From Phenylobacterium sp. (GTDB lineage: Bacteria; Pseudomonadota; Alphaproteobacteria; Caulobacterales; Caulobacteraceae): a stretch of DNA of 64,000 nt. Shown in pieces: positions 27,657 to 35,852 of this stretch. Both the position numbers and the translations under genes were made by a program. The number at the start of each line of letters is the position of its first letter. Position 1 is the stretch's first letter. The stretch is from contig JAGOQB010000011.1 of the NCBI GenBank assembly GCA_017991675.1, positions 1,236 to 65,235 of the forward strand. Direction: 5' to 3'. Under the pieces are notes generated by a model. It had not been told where the DNA came from. It searched no databases and saw only the letters and a list, made by a program, of their open reading frames with translations.

Positions 27657-27998
27657 TTATGGCTTCTTCTTCCCCGCCTTGGCGCGGAGGGCCGCGTCGA
27701 GCGCCCGCCTCGTCCAGGCGGTCATTTCGTCGGGGTCTTCGAGGGCTTCGAGCGGAACGGTCCAGTAGCTCATCGCCTTGTCGCCGCCGAACGGCTTGAA
27801 GGGCTCGCAGCCGGCGGCCTCGAAGTCGGGGACGCTGACTGGGTCCGCCTTGAAGTAGAGCACGTCGTCGGCGATGAGGGCGAAGAACAGCTCATGGCGC
27901 GAAAGGCCGACCCCGCCGAACATGCGGCGGTGGGTGATCCCGCCGAGGGGATGCAGCTGCTCGAGCACGTAGTCGAGGAAATCGGGAGAGACGGGCAT
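27657..27998 (-). CDS. TfoX/Sxy N-terminal domain protein
   Basis: RRMFGGVGL..FFALIADDVLYFKAD...MSYW.VP...LED. Confidence 0.88.
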   Translation of the reverse strand: MPVSPDFLDYVLEQLHPLGGITHRRMFGGVGLSRHELFFALIADDVLYFKADPVSVPDFEAAGCEPFKPFGGDKAMSYWTVPLEALEDPDEMTAWTRRALDAALRAKAGKKKP

Positions 27999-28503
27999 GG
28001 GCCAGGAGAAGACCGCTGCGGCGGCCAAGGTGCAAGTGCGGCCGGCGGGCCCCGCCGACGCCAGCCTGATCTACGGCTTCATCCGCGGCCTGGCCGAGTA
28101 CGAAAAGCTGCTGCAAGAGGTCGAGGCGACGCAGGCCGACGTCGAGGCGGCGCTGTTCGGGGAGACCCCGCGGGCGTTCTGCGACATCGCCGAGGCCGAC
28201 GGGACGCCGGTCGGTTTTGCGCTGTGGTTCTACAACTATTCGACCTTCCGCGGCCGGCACGGGATCTATCTGGAGGACCTGTTCGTGGTCCCGCAGGCGC
28301 GCGGCCTGGGGGCCGGCAAGGCGCTGCTGCGGCGGCTGGCGCAGCGTTGTCAGGACGAGGGGCTGGCGCGGCTGGAATGGTCGGTGCTGGACTGGAACGC
28401 GCCGTCGATCGCGTTCTACGACTCGCTGGGCGCCAGCGCGCAGACCGAGTGGATCGTGCGGCGGCTGACGGACGGGCCGCTGAAGGCGCTGGCGGAGGGG
28501 TAG
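27997..28503 (+). CDS. GNAT N-acetyltransferase (spermidine/diamine acetyltransferase-like)
   Basis: LAEYEK, YSTF.G..GIYLEDLFV...RGLGAG and WSVLDWN motifs. Alternative GTG start at 28030. Confidence 0.9.
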   Translation: MGQEKTAAAAKVQVRPAGPADASLIYGFIRGLAEYEKLLQEVEATQADVEAALFGETPRAFCDIAEADGTPVGFALWFYNYSTFRGRHGIYLEDLFVVPQARGLGAGKALLRRLAQRCQDEGLARLEWSVLDWNAPSIAFYDSLGASAQTEWIVRRLTDGPLKALAEG

Positions 28504-28512
28504 TCCCTCGAT

Positions 28513-28644
28513 CTCCTCTCCCCGCTTGAGGGGAGAGGGTGGGGTGAGGGGAGGCGGCGCGGAGCGGCGCTCTGTTGAGTTGGCGGTGGTGCGTCGGATG
28601 GGCCGCCCCCTCACCCTAGCCCTCTCCCCCGCGGGGGAGAGGGA
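28513..28644 (+). repeat. family C doublet, inverted homolog of 30022-30155
   Basis: CCTCTCCCCGCTTGAGGGGAGAGGGTGGGGTGAGGGG...CCCCTCACCCTAGCCCTCTCCCCCGCGGGGGAGAGGGA. Confidence 0.88.
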
Positions 28645-28650
28645 ACCCGA

Positions 28651-29337
28651 CTAAGCCGCTTGCAGCCGCAATTCCCCGCGGGCCTGGCGGATGATCGACG
28701 AGGCGGTCGAGAGGAACAGGCTGGCCATGATCGCGGCGACCGCCAGGTCGGCCCATTTCGTGCCGGTGTAGGCGACGATCCCCGCGGCGCAGAGCACCGC
28801 GACATTGCCGATGGCGTCGTTGCGCGAGCAGAGCCAGACCGAGCGGACATTGGCGTCGCCGTCGCGGAAGCGCAGCAGCAGCAAGGCGGAGATGACGTTG
28901 GCGCTGAGCGCCAGCGCCCCGACCCAGCCCATGGTCACCGCGTCGGGCGAGCCGTCGACGAAGGTGCGCCAGAGCGCGGCGGCCAACACATAGACGCCCA
29001 TCAGCCCGAGGCTGACGCCCTTGACCAGGGCCGCCTTCGACCGGAACGCCAGGCTCTGGGACAGGGCGAACAGCGACAGGCCGTAGGTGGCGCTGTCGCC
29101 GGCGAAGTCGAGGGCGTCGGCCTGCAGCGCCATGGAGCCGGCCAGCTGCCCCTGGACCACCTCCAGCGCGAACATGCCGGCGTTGAGGCCGAGTACGATC
29201 CAGACGGCTCGGCGGAAGGCCGGGGAGCCGTTCTCGACGGCGGCGGCGGTGGCTTCGCAGCCGCAGCCGGCGGCGGCGCAGGCGGCCCCTTCGGGAGCGG
29301 GCGGCGGCGCCTTTCGGTGGACGATCTCGTAGGTCAT
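28651..29337 (-). CDS. cation efflux (CDF-like, short form) transporter
   Basis: Cys-rich N-terminus (CAAAGCGC), GS.ALQADALDF.GD and SVWLCSRND.IGN motifs. Confidence 0.88.
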   Translation of the reverse strand: MTYEIVHRKAPPPAPEGAACAAAGCGCEATAAAVENGSPAFRRAVWIVLGLNAGMFALEVVQGQLAGSMALQADALDFAGDSATYGLSLFALSQSLAFRSKAALVKGVSLGLMGVYVLAAALWRTFVDGSPDAVTMGWVGALALSANVISALLLLRFRDGDANVRSVWLCSRNDAIGNVAVLCAAGIVAYTGTKWADLAVAAIMASLFLSTASSIIRQARGELRLQAA

Positions 29338-29351
29338 GCCTAAGTGATGGA

Positions 29352-29374
29352 TCCTATAGTCACTATAGGAGCAA
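29352..29374 (-). promoter_or_regulatory. MerR-type (CadR/PbrR-like) operator within the promoter of the cation transporter
   Basis: Perfect dyad TCCTATAGT-C-ACTATAGGA (29352-29370) overlapping a minus-strand TTGCTC -35. Confidence 0.85.
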
Positions 29375-29381
29375 GCGGCGA

Positions 29382-29804
29382 ATGACGGGCGACCTTTCGA
29401 TCGGCGAACTCTCGCGCCGGGCTGGCGTGAAAGTGACCACCATCCGCTTCTACGAAGGCGCCGGGCTGATGCCCAAGCCGCCGCGCAGCGAGGGCGACCG
29501 GCGGCTCTATGACGACGGGCACGTGCGGCGGCTGAGCTTCATCCGGCACGCCCGCGAGCTGGGCTTCGAGATGGACGACCTGCGCACGTTGCTGGAGCTC
29601 AGCGACAGTCCGGACGGGTCCTGCGGGCCGGTCGACGAGATCGCCGGCCGGCACCTGGCCGCGGTCGAGGCGAAGATCGCCAAGCTGACGGCGCTGAAGG
29701 GCGAGCTGGCGCGGATGCTGAAGAGCTGCAGCCATGGGGCGGTGGCCGAGTGCCGGGTGATCGAGGCGCTGGCCGACCATTCGCACTGCGGCGGGGAGCA
29801 CTGA
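29382..29804 (+). CDS. MerR family heavy-metal-responsive regulator
   Basis: SIGELSRRAGV..TIRFYE, SC..VD.IA..HL, C......CRVIEAL.DH.HC. Confidence 0.92.
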   Translation: MTGDLSIGELSRRAGVKVTTIRFYEGAGLMPKPPRSEGDRRLYDDGHVRRLSFIRHARELGFEMDDLRTLLELSDSPDGSCGPVDEIAGRHLAAVEAKIAKLTALKGELARMLKSCSHGAVAECRVIEALADHSHCGGEH

Positions 29805-29810
29805 CCAACC

Positions 29811-29916
29811 CCGCTCATCCCGGTGAACCCAAGCGGGCTATCCGGTGCGCTCAGATGGCCGAGTGAAGCGTGACCGCTGACTCGGCTTGGGCCCCGGCCT
29901 TCGCCGGGGTGAGCGG
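29811..29916 (+). repeat. family B doublet, copy 2 (left arm has an ~8-bp deletion)
   Basis: CCGCTCATCCCGGTGAA/CCCAAGCGGGCTA...GACTCGGCTTGGGCCCCGGCCTTCGCCGGGGTGAGCGG. Confidence 0.85.
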
Positions 29917-29956
29917 AGTGGGGGCGATCTCCGCCGCGCTGGCGGGATGGCTGCGG

Positions 29957-29995
29957 CCCCCTCACCCTAGCCCTCTCCCCCGCGGGGGAGAGGGG
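29957..29995. repeat. family C single arm
   Basis: CCCCCTCACCCTAGCCCTCTCCCCCGCGGGGGAGAGGG, identical to the right arm at 28606-28643. Confidence 0.88.
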
Positions 29996-30021
29996 AAGAT
30001 GAAATGGGGCGACAGGATGCG

Positions 30022-30155
30022 TCCCTCTCCCCCGGCGGGGGAGAGGGCTAGGGTGAGGGGGCTCGGGCGGATCGGTTTTCACCGAGGTTGAAGGGCGTCG
30101 CTGGGCGACGCTTACCCCTCACCCCAACCCTCTCCCCTCAAGCGGGGAGAGGGAG
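30022..30155 (-). repeat. family C doublet
   Basis: Both arms are near-exact reverse complements of the arms of 28513-28644. Confidence 0.88.
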
Positions 30156-30707
30156 CTACCCAGCCTCAACGATCGCCAGCTTGAGGTTGGTCTCCAGCAG
30201 TTCGTCGGCCAGCGGCCCGTCGGGGACGGCTCTGGCCAGCATCAGGGCGCCGGCCATGCGGGTGACGACGCCCAGGGCGCGGGCGCGGCGGTCGGGGGTG
30301 TCGGGGAGGCGGGCCTCCACCGAGGCGATCATCTGCGCGACGCCGCCGGCGAAGGCGGCCTTCACATGGTCTGATCCGCGGCCGACGTCGCCGCCGAGCG
30401 CGGCGGCGGGGCAGCTCTTGCCCGGGGCCTTGCGGGCGGCCTGCGAGAGGTAGTGCGTCAACATCTCGGCCAGGTCGCGGGCGCGTTCGCGGTGGCCGGC
30501 CATGGTGACGAACGCGCTCTCCAGCGCCTGGGCGGCCAGGGCGTCCTTGGACGTAAAGTGATTGTAGAAGCCGCCGTGGGTGAAGCCGGCCGCCTTGGAG
30601 AGGTCGCCGACGCTGACCCCGTCGAAGCCGCGCTCGCGGAACAGCGTCGAGGCCGCCCCGACGATCCGTTCGCGGTTTTCCTGCGCCTGCGCCTTGCTGA
30701 TCTTCAT
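30156..30707 (-). CDS. TetR/AcrR family regulator
   Basis: LFRERGFDGVSV..L..AAGFTHGGFYNHF.SK HTH. Confidence 0.93.
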   Translation of the reverse strand: MKISKAQAQENRERIVGAASTLFRERGFDGVSVGDLSKAAGFTHGGFYNHFTSKDALAAQALESAFVTMAGHRERARDLAEMLTHYLSQAARKAPGKSCPAAALGGDVGRGSDHVKAAFAGGVAQMIASVEARLPDTPDRRARALGVVTRMAGALMLARAVPDGPLADELLETNLKLAIVEAG

Positions 30708-30737
30708 CGCCCTGCCTCTTGACGTCGCTGCGGACTC

Positions 30738-30756
30738 AATGATGATAATCATCATT
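30738..30756. promoter_or_regulatory. probable TetR operator
   Basis: Perfect dyad AATGATGAT-A-ATCATCATT between divergent TetR and tautomerase genes. Confidence 0.8.
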
Positions 30757-30778
30757 ATTGAAGTCAAGGAGCCGGCCC

Positions 30779-31216
30779 ATGCCGCTATGGAAAATCTATC
30801 ACCCGGTGGGTACGTTCAGCCTGGAGGACAAGAAGGGGCTGTCGGAGGCGATCACCGCGCTCTACGCCCGCGGGCTGCCGAAGTTCTATGTCGGGGTGGT
30901 GTTCCAGGAAGTGGCCGCCGACTCGTTCTTCATCGGCGGCGAGAGCGTCGACAACTTCGTGCGGATCTGGATCGACCACATCGCCCGGACCATGCCGACG
31001 GCGGAGATCCGGGCGAAGTTCATCGAGATGGTCGACGCGGCGCTGGCCCCCTATGTGCGCGACCGGGGGCTGAACTGGGAGTACCACATCGACGAGACGT
31101 CGTATGAGCTGTGGTCGATCCAGGGCTACCGGCCGCCCTTGCCGGGGACGGAGGACGAGGTGCGCTGGCGGAGCGAGAACCGGCCGAGCCCGGTGGGGCC
31201 GCGGGAGACGGCGTGA
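30779..31216 (+). CDS. tautomerase superfamily protein (N-terminal Pro)
   Basis: MPLWKIYHP, LPKFYV.V.F, FVRIWIDHIAR, WEYHIDE. AAGGAG RBS. Confidence 0.85.
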   Translation: MPLWKIYHPVGTFSLEDKKGLSEAITALYARGLPKFYVGVVFQEVAADSFFIGGESVDNFVRIWIDHIARTMPTAEIRAKFIEMVDAALAPYVRDRGLNWEYHIDETSYELWSIQGYRPPLPGTEDEVRWRSENRPSPVGPRETA

Positions 31217-31224
31217 CCCCGCCA

Positions 31225-31338
31225 CCGCTCGTCCCGGCGAAGGCCGGGATCCAAGCGGGCTACCCGATGCGCTCAGATCGCCAAGGCAAGCGCGGCTGTT
31301 GACTCGGCTTGGGCCCCGGCCTTCGCCGGGGTGAGCGG
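31225..31338 (+). repeat. family B doublet, copy 3
   Basis: CCGCTCGTCCCGGCGAAGGCCGGGATCCAAGC...GACTCGGCTTGGGCCCCGGCCTTCGCCGGGGTGAGCGG, spacer homologous to copy 2. Confidence 0.9.
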
Positions 31339-31346
31339 TGGGATGT

Positions 31347-31745
31347 TCAGACCGAGATGTCGATGATCATCGGCTTGGCCGGTTCGCCGCGCTTGGCGGC
31401 TTCGGCGGCCTCGGTCTTGAGGGCCTGTTCCATGGCCTCCTTCACCAGCCGGGCGACCTCGCTTTCGATGGTCGCCGGGTCGGCGTCGGGGTTGGCCGAG
31501 CGGACCTCGGCCTCGATCTTTTCCTTCAGCTTTTCGAGCTTCTGCTCCTGGGCCCAGGCGTAGATGCCCTTTTCGCGGATCTCGTCGAGGACGGCGCGCT
31601 GGCTGGACTTGGAAAGCTCGGCCTTGCGCGCGGCTTCGGCCGCGGCGGAGGGTTTTGCCGAGTCGGTTTTGCCGAGCTGGCCGATCTTGCTCAGCGTGTC
31701 GGTGGCGAAAAGGCTGTCTACGAGGCTTGAACTGCCGACTTGCAT
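31347..31745 (-). CDS. hypothetical helical protein (132 aa, ends IIDISV)
   Basis: GGGAG RBS, sigma54 motif upstream, host-like codons. Confidence 0.75.
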   Translation of the reverse strand: MQVGSSSLVDSLFATDTLSKIGQLGKTDSAKPSAAAEAARKAELSKSSQRAVLDEIREKGIYAWAQEQKLEKLKEKIEAEVRSANPDADPATIESEVARLVKEAMEQALKTEAAEAAKRGEPAKPMIIDISV

Positions 31746-31774
31746 GCGAAGGCTCCCTGACTGGGCTATGCTGG

Positions 31775-31791
31775 AGCAAAGGCCGGGCCAA
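31775..31791 (-). promoter_or_regulatory. sigma54 (-24/-12) promoter
   Basis: Minus strand TTGGCCCGGCCTTTGCT (GG-N10-GC). Confidence 0.75.
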
Positions 31792-31814
31792 CCGGCGGTA
31801 GAGGAGGAAACGCC

Positions 31815-32417
31815 ATGAGCGCCCCGCCCATGACGGTGCTGCAGGTCAGCACGGAGGAGGAGGCGGCGATCCGCGCCGCGGTGCGCGGCGCCGGCGGCGC
31901 GGAGATGGTCATCGCCGGGCGCCAGCACGTGGCGGGGCTGACCGTGCTGCTGGCCGACCCGAAGGTCTCGGACCCGATCTACGACCTGCCGCGGCCGATC
32001 AACGAGACCAATGTCGGCCGCTGGGTGGCGGACAGCGAAGCGCTGCGCCAGCAGGGCGAGTGCATCCTGAGCGTGTCGCTGGACGAGGCCGGGGAGGTCG
32101 CCGGCTATTCACGGTTCACGGTCTGGCCGGACCGCTCGGCGGCCGAGATCGCCGGGGCGCGGCGGGCGGACCTGCAGAATTCGCACAGCGGCAAGGCCGG
32201 CGTGGCGCGCTCGATCGCCTTCATGTTCGAGCAACTGGGCGTGAGGCTGATCGCGCTGACCGCGGCGCTGGACAATGTGCGCTCGGCCGCCTCGATCGAC
32301 GCGGCGGGCTTTCGGCGGATGGGCGAGATCGACAGCGTGCGGCCGGACGGTACGACGCGCCGCTCGCTCTACTGGGAAATGACCCGCGAGGAGTGGGTGC
32401 GACGGCACCGGCTGTAG
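31815..32417 (+). CDS. GNAT family (RimJ/RimL-like) protein
   Basis: F.QLGVRLI.LTAALDN..S......GF...G. Confidence 0.75.
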   Translation: MSAPPMTVLQVSTEEEAAIRAAVRGAGGAEMVIAGRQHVAGLTVLLADPKVSDPIYDLPRPINETNVGRWVADSEALRQQGECILSVSLDEAGEVAGYSRFTVWPDRSAAEIAGARRADLQNSHSGKAGVARSIAFMFEQLGVRLIALTAALDNVRSAASIDAAGFRRMGEIDSVRPDGTTRRSLYWEMTREEWVRRHRL

Positions 32418-32708
32418 TCAGACGCGCAGGTCGACGACCGCCCCGGACGGATCGCGGCCCTGGGCGGCGCGCTGGTCGGCCGCACGCCGGGCGTCCTCCT
32501 CAAGGATCTTCTGGAAGTCGCCGGCGGCCATGCCGGCGAGGGTCTTTTTGAGCTTCTCTTCCTCTGCCGGGGTCAGCGTCCGGTCGGGCCTGGCCGGCTC
32601 CTCGATGCGCAGCTTGCCCGAGCTCTCGCCCTCCTTGGGCTTGCCGGCCGGGGAGGCGAACTGCGGCTGGGCGTACCCGCCGGCGGGGCCGACGCTGCTG
32701 ACGGACAT
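32418..32708 (-). CDS. hypothetical small protein (96 aa, ends GAVVDLRV)
   Basis: AGGAG RBS before ATG 32708, sigma54 motif upstream. Confidence 0.7.
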   Translation of the reverse strand: MSVSSVGPAGGYAQPQFASPAGKPKEGESSGKLRIEEPARPDRTLTPAEEEKLKKTLAGMAAGDFQKILEEDARRAADQRAAQGRDPSGAVVDLRV

Positions 32709-32742
32709 GGGGCGCTCCTGGCGAAAGGGACGCCGGTCGTTA

Positions 32743-32758
32743 AGCAAGCTTCGGGCCA
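32743..32758 (-). promoter_or_regulatory. sigma54 (-24/-12) promoter
   Basis: Minus strand TGGCCCGAAGCTTGCT (GG-N10-GC). Confidence 0.75.
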
Positions 32759-32804
32759 CAATTCCTTGCAGCGTAAGCGGTTGCATGCACGCAACCGGTT
32801 GCGA

Positions 32805-33368
32805 TCAGGCCTTGGCGCCGAACAGCCGGCTCAGCCATCCGCCGCTGCGGGCCGCCTGAGGCGCCTCGACGGCGATGAACTCGGCGCCGCTATCCTCGTC
32901 GTAGCGATAGCCGGTCACCGCCTTGCCCAGTTCGATGGGAATGTCGAAGATCAGGTCGAGCCTCAACTCGTCGTCGCTTGCGTCCTCGGCGGCCTGTTCG
33001 GCGACCAAACGGTCATGGATCGCCTGATACTCCGCCGGCGGGGCGCCGGTGACCTCGGGCGCGCCGTTCTCGCAATCGTAGTCGACGCGCCAGGCGACCC
33101 GCCCGCCGTCGTAGAGCGTCGTTGTCGCGCACATGACGGTCTCGGAGAGCTGGCATTCGACCATGGCGCAGGTGGTCGAGAGCGGCAGCAGCCGTTCCTC
33201 CGATGCGAAGCGCGAGTCCGCGGAGAGAAGTATCGTCCAGCCGGTCGGCGACTCGCCGATCCAGGCGGCGTGCCGGCGACGTGACGGCGGCGCCTCCGCC
33301 ATGCCGAGGAGGTCCAGCGCCTGCGCGCGTCCGAGGCCCTTGAGGCCGATCCAGGAGAGGCTTGCCAT
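32805..33368 (-). CDS. hypothetical protein
   Basis: 187-aa ORF with globular composition filling the gap between neighbours. Confidence 0.7.
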   Translation of the reverse strand: MASLSWIGLKGLGRAQALDLLGMAEAPPSRRRHAAWIGESPTGWTILLSADSRFASEERLLPLSTTCAMVECQLSETVMCATTTLYDGGRVAWRVDYDCENGAPEVTGAPPAEYQAIHDRLVAEQAAEDASDDELRLDLIFDIPIELGKAVTGYRYDEDSGAEFIAVEAPQAARSGGWLSRLFGAKA

Positions 33369-33469
33369 GGCCGAGCTTTACGCGTGGCGGCGTCGCATGC
33401 AACCTAAAGAAAAGCGGCGGCCCCGTGAGGAGCCGCCGCCGGTCGTTCCAGTCTTGTCTCGACCTAGCC

Positions 33470-34378
33470 TCAGCCTTGGCTGGCCGGGGCCGGGCGCGCG
33501 AGCGGGAAGAACTTGCTCGACATGGCCGGCATGGCTTCCGACAGGATGGTGTCGACGCTCCAGCCGGTTTCCTTGGTCTGGGTGTCGATCGGGCGCGGCT
33601 GGCTGTAGAGGATGATGTCCTCGCCCGAGGCGCCGAAGATCTGACCCGAGACGTTGGCCGCGGCGGGCGAGACCAGGGCCACCGAGAGGCGGGCAGGCTG
33701 GTCGGGGCGGATCTTCTCGGCCATCACCGCACGGCGGGCGGCGGCGGCTTCGTCCTTCACCGGCACCGACTGGGTCATGCGGGTCCAGGCGATCGGAGCC
33801 AGGCAGTTCGAGCGCACGTTGTTGCGCGCGCCTTCCATGGCGATGATCCGCGACATGCCGGCGATGCCCATCTTGGCCGCGCCGTAGTTGGCCTGGCCGA
33901 TGTTGCCCAGCAGGCCCGAGGTCGAGGTGAAGAACATGTAGGCGCCGTCGTTCTGTTCACGGAACAGCTCGATGGTGGCGCGGGCGACGTTGAACGAGCC
34001 GCGCATGTGGACGGCGATGACCGCGTCCCATTCGGCTTCGGTCATCTTGTGGAACATGACGTCGCGCAGGATGCCGGCCGGGTTGATCACCGCGTGCAGA
34101 CCGCCGAATTCCTTCTTGGCCTGCTCGACCATGCCGTAGACGGCGTCGAGGTCGGTGACGCTGTCGGAGTTGGAGACCGCCTCGCCGCCCGCGGCGCGGA
34201 TTTCCTGAGCGACCGCTTCGGCCGGACCCGCCGAGCCTTCGTCGCCGCCGGCCAGACCGCCGCCGAGGTCGTTGACCACGACCTTCGCGCCTTCCTGAGC
34301 CGCGATCAGCGCGCAATCGCGCCCAATGCCGTTGCCGCCGCCCGTGACGAGGACGACCTTGCCTGAAAGAGCACCCAT
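33470..34378 (-). CDS. SDR family oxidoreductase (3-hydroxyacyl-CoA dehydrogenase-like)
   Basis: TGGGNGIG, VVVNDLGG, AGILRD and GNIGQANYGAAK motifs. Confidence 0.92.
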   Translation of the reverse strand: MGALSGKVVLVTGGGNGIGRDCALIAAQEGAKVVVNDLGGGLAGGDEGSAGPAEAVAQEIRAAGGEAVSNSDSVTDLDAVYGMVEQAKKEFGGLHAVINPAGILRDVMFHKMTEAEWDAVIAVHMRGSFNVARATIELFREQNDGAYMFFTSTSGLLGNIGQANYGAAKMGIAGMSRIIAMEGARNNVRSNCLAPIAWTRMTQSVPVKDEAAAARRAVMAEKIRPDQPARLSVALVSPAAANVSGQIFGASGEDIILYSQPRPIDTQTKETGWSVDTILSEAMPAMSSKFFPLARPAPASQG

Positions 34379-34411
34379 CAAACCTATCTCCCTAAAAGAA
34401 TGGCGTTGTTG

Positions 34412-35671
34412 TTATTCGAGCCGGTCGGCCTTGCGCAAGGCGGGAAACAGCTTCGCCCAGACGCCGGTGACGATCAGCGCCGCCACGCCGCCCGAGACCG
34501 CCGCCCCGACCGCGCCCATGAAGCGGGCCGCCACGCCGGTGCGGAACTCGCCCAGCTCGTTCGAGGCGCCGATGAACAGCGAGGAGACGGCGGCGACCCG
34601 GCCGCGCATCTGGTCGGGGGTGACGATCTGCACCAGGGTCTGGCGGACATAGACGCTGAGCATGTCGGCGCCGCCCAGCACGGCCAGGGCTACGACCGAC
34701 AGCCAGAAGGTCTGCGACAGGCCAAAGACGATGGTGGCGAGCGCGAAGATCGCGACGCCGACGAACATGATCGGGCCGGCCTTGGTGCGGATCGGATTGG
34801 CGGCCAGCCACATGGCCACCAGGGTGGCGCCGATGGCCGGGCCGGCGCGCAGCATGCCGAAGCCCTCGGCCCCGACATGCAGGATGTCGCGGGCGTAGAC
34901 CGGCAGGAGGGCGGTGGCCCCGCCCAGCAGCACCGCGAACAGGTCCAGCGAGATCGCCCCGAAGACGATCTTGTTATGCCAGACGTAGCCCAGGCCCTCC
35001 TTGATCAGGGTCCAGCGCGAGCCGGCCTGGGCCACCGGCTTGGTGTTCATGGCGATCAGCGAGACGGTCAGCACGGCGACCAGGTAGAGGCCGCTGGTGG
35101 TCCCGTAGGCGACGGCCGGCGAGATCGAGACCAGCGCCCCGCCGAGCGCCGGGCCGATGATCGAGCCGCCCTGCCAGGCCAGCGAGTTCCAGGCGATGGC
35201 GCGCGGCAGCAGGCTGCGCGGCACCAGCATCGGCCCCATGGCGGTGCCGGCCGGGCCCATGAAGGCGCGCGAGGTCCCGAACAGAACGGCGACGCCCAGC
35301 AGCAGCGGGATGGTGGCGAAGCCCAGCAGGCTGGCGGCCAGCAGCAGCAGCACCGAGGCGATCTCGCCGGCGTAGCAGAGCTGGAGGATGCGCTTGCGGT
35401 CGTAGCGGTCGGCGGCCTCGCCGGCCCACAGCGCCAGCAGCAGCACCGGGATGAAGGTCACCAGCCCGATCATGCCGACATAGAAGGCCGACTGGGCGAC
35501 GCTGTGGGTCTCGCGGGCCACGGCGTAGACCTGCCAGCCGAGCGCCACGCTCTGGATCTGCACGCCCAGCGTCGAGGCCACGCGGGTCGACCAGAACAGC
35601 ATGTAGTCGCGGTGGGCGAGGAGCTCGCGGGCGGTGGTCGGCTGGTCGGCGGCGTCGGTCGATTCGGACAT
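34412..35671 (-). CDS. MFS transporter
   Basis: About 12 TM segments, GEAADRYDRK loop motif, TPDQMRGRV. Confidence 0.9.
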   Translation of the reverse strand: MSESTDAADQPTTARELLAHRDYMLFWSTRVASTLGVQIQSVALGWQVYAVARETHSVAQSAFYVGMIGLVTFIPVLLLALWAGEAADRYDRKRILQLCYAGEIASVLLLLAASLLGFATIPLLLGVAVLFGTSRAFMGPAGTAMGPMLVPRSLLPRAIAWNSLAWQGGSIIGPALGGALVSISPAVAYGTTSGLYLVAVLTVSLIAMNTKPVAQAGSRWTLIKEGLGYVWHNKIVFGAISLDLFAVLLGGATALLPVYARDILHVGAEGFGMLRAGPAIGATLVAMWLAANPIRTKAGPIMFVGVAIFALATIVFGLSQTFWLSVVALAVLGGADMLSVYVRQTLVQIVTPDQMRGRVAAVSSLFIGASNELGEFRTGVAARFMGAVGAAVSGGVAALIVTGVWAKLFPALRKADRLE

Positions 35672-35807
35672 GCGAGCTTGGTACTCGAGGACGGCGAAGG
35701 CCGGGCAACTTGGACCGCGACGACCTGCGCCGCAACGCGCGATTGACGTGGGCCCGTCATGGCCTTATGCGCCGCGCTTCTGATGTGAACGACCTGGAAG
35801 CCGTCTC

Positions 35808-35852
35808 ATGCGACGCCAGCGACGAACCGGGCGCGCCCGCCGCGCCAGCTAG
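35808..35852 (+). CDS. candidate 14-aa Arg-rich leader peptide (MRRQRRTGRARRAS)
   Basis: Lies downstream of TTGACG-N17-TATGCG (35743-35771). 7 Arg codons including 3 CGA; overlapping alternative hairpins follow. Confidence 0.35.
   Translation: MRRQRRTGRARRAS

Noticed and set aside
29811-30155. Repeat cluster as an IS element or its remnant
   Set aside because: No transposase ORF or target duplication. It is composed entirely of family B and C arms, and the ORFs called here are repeat translations.
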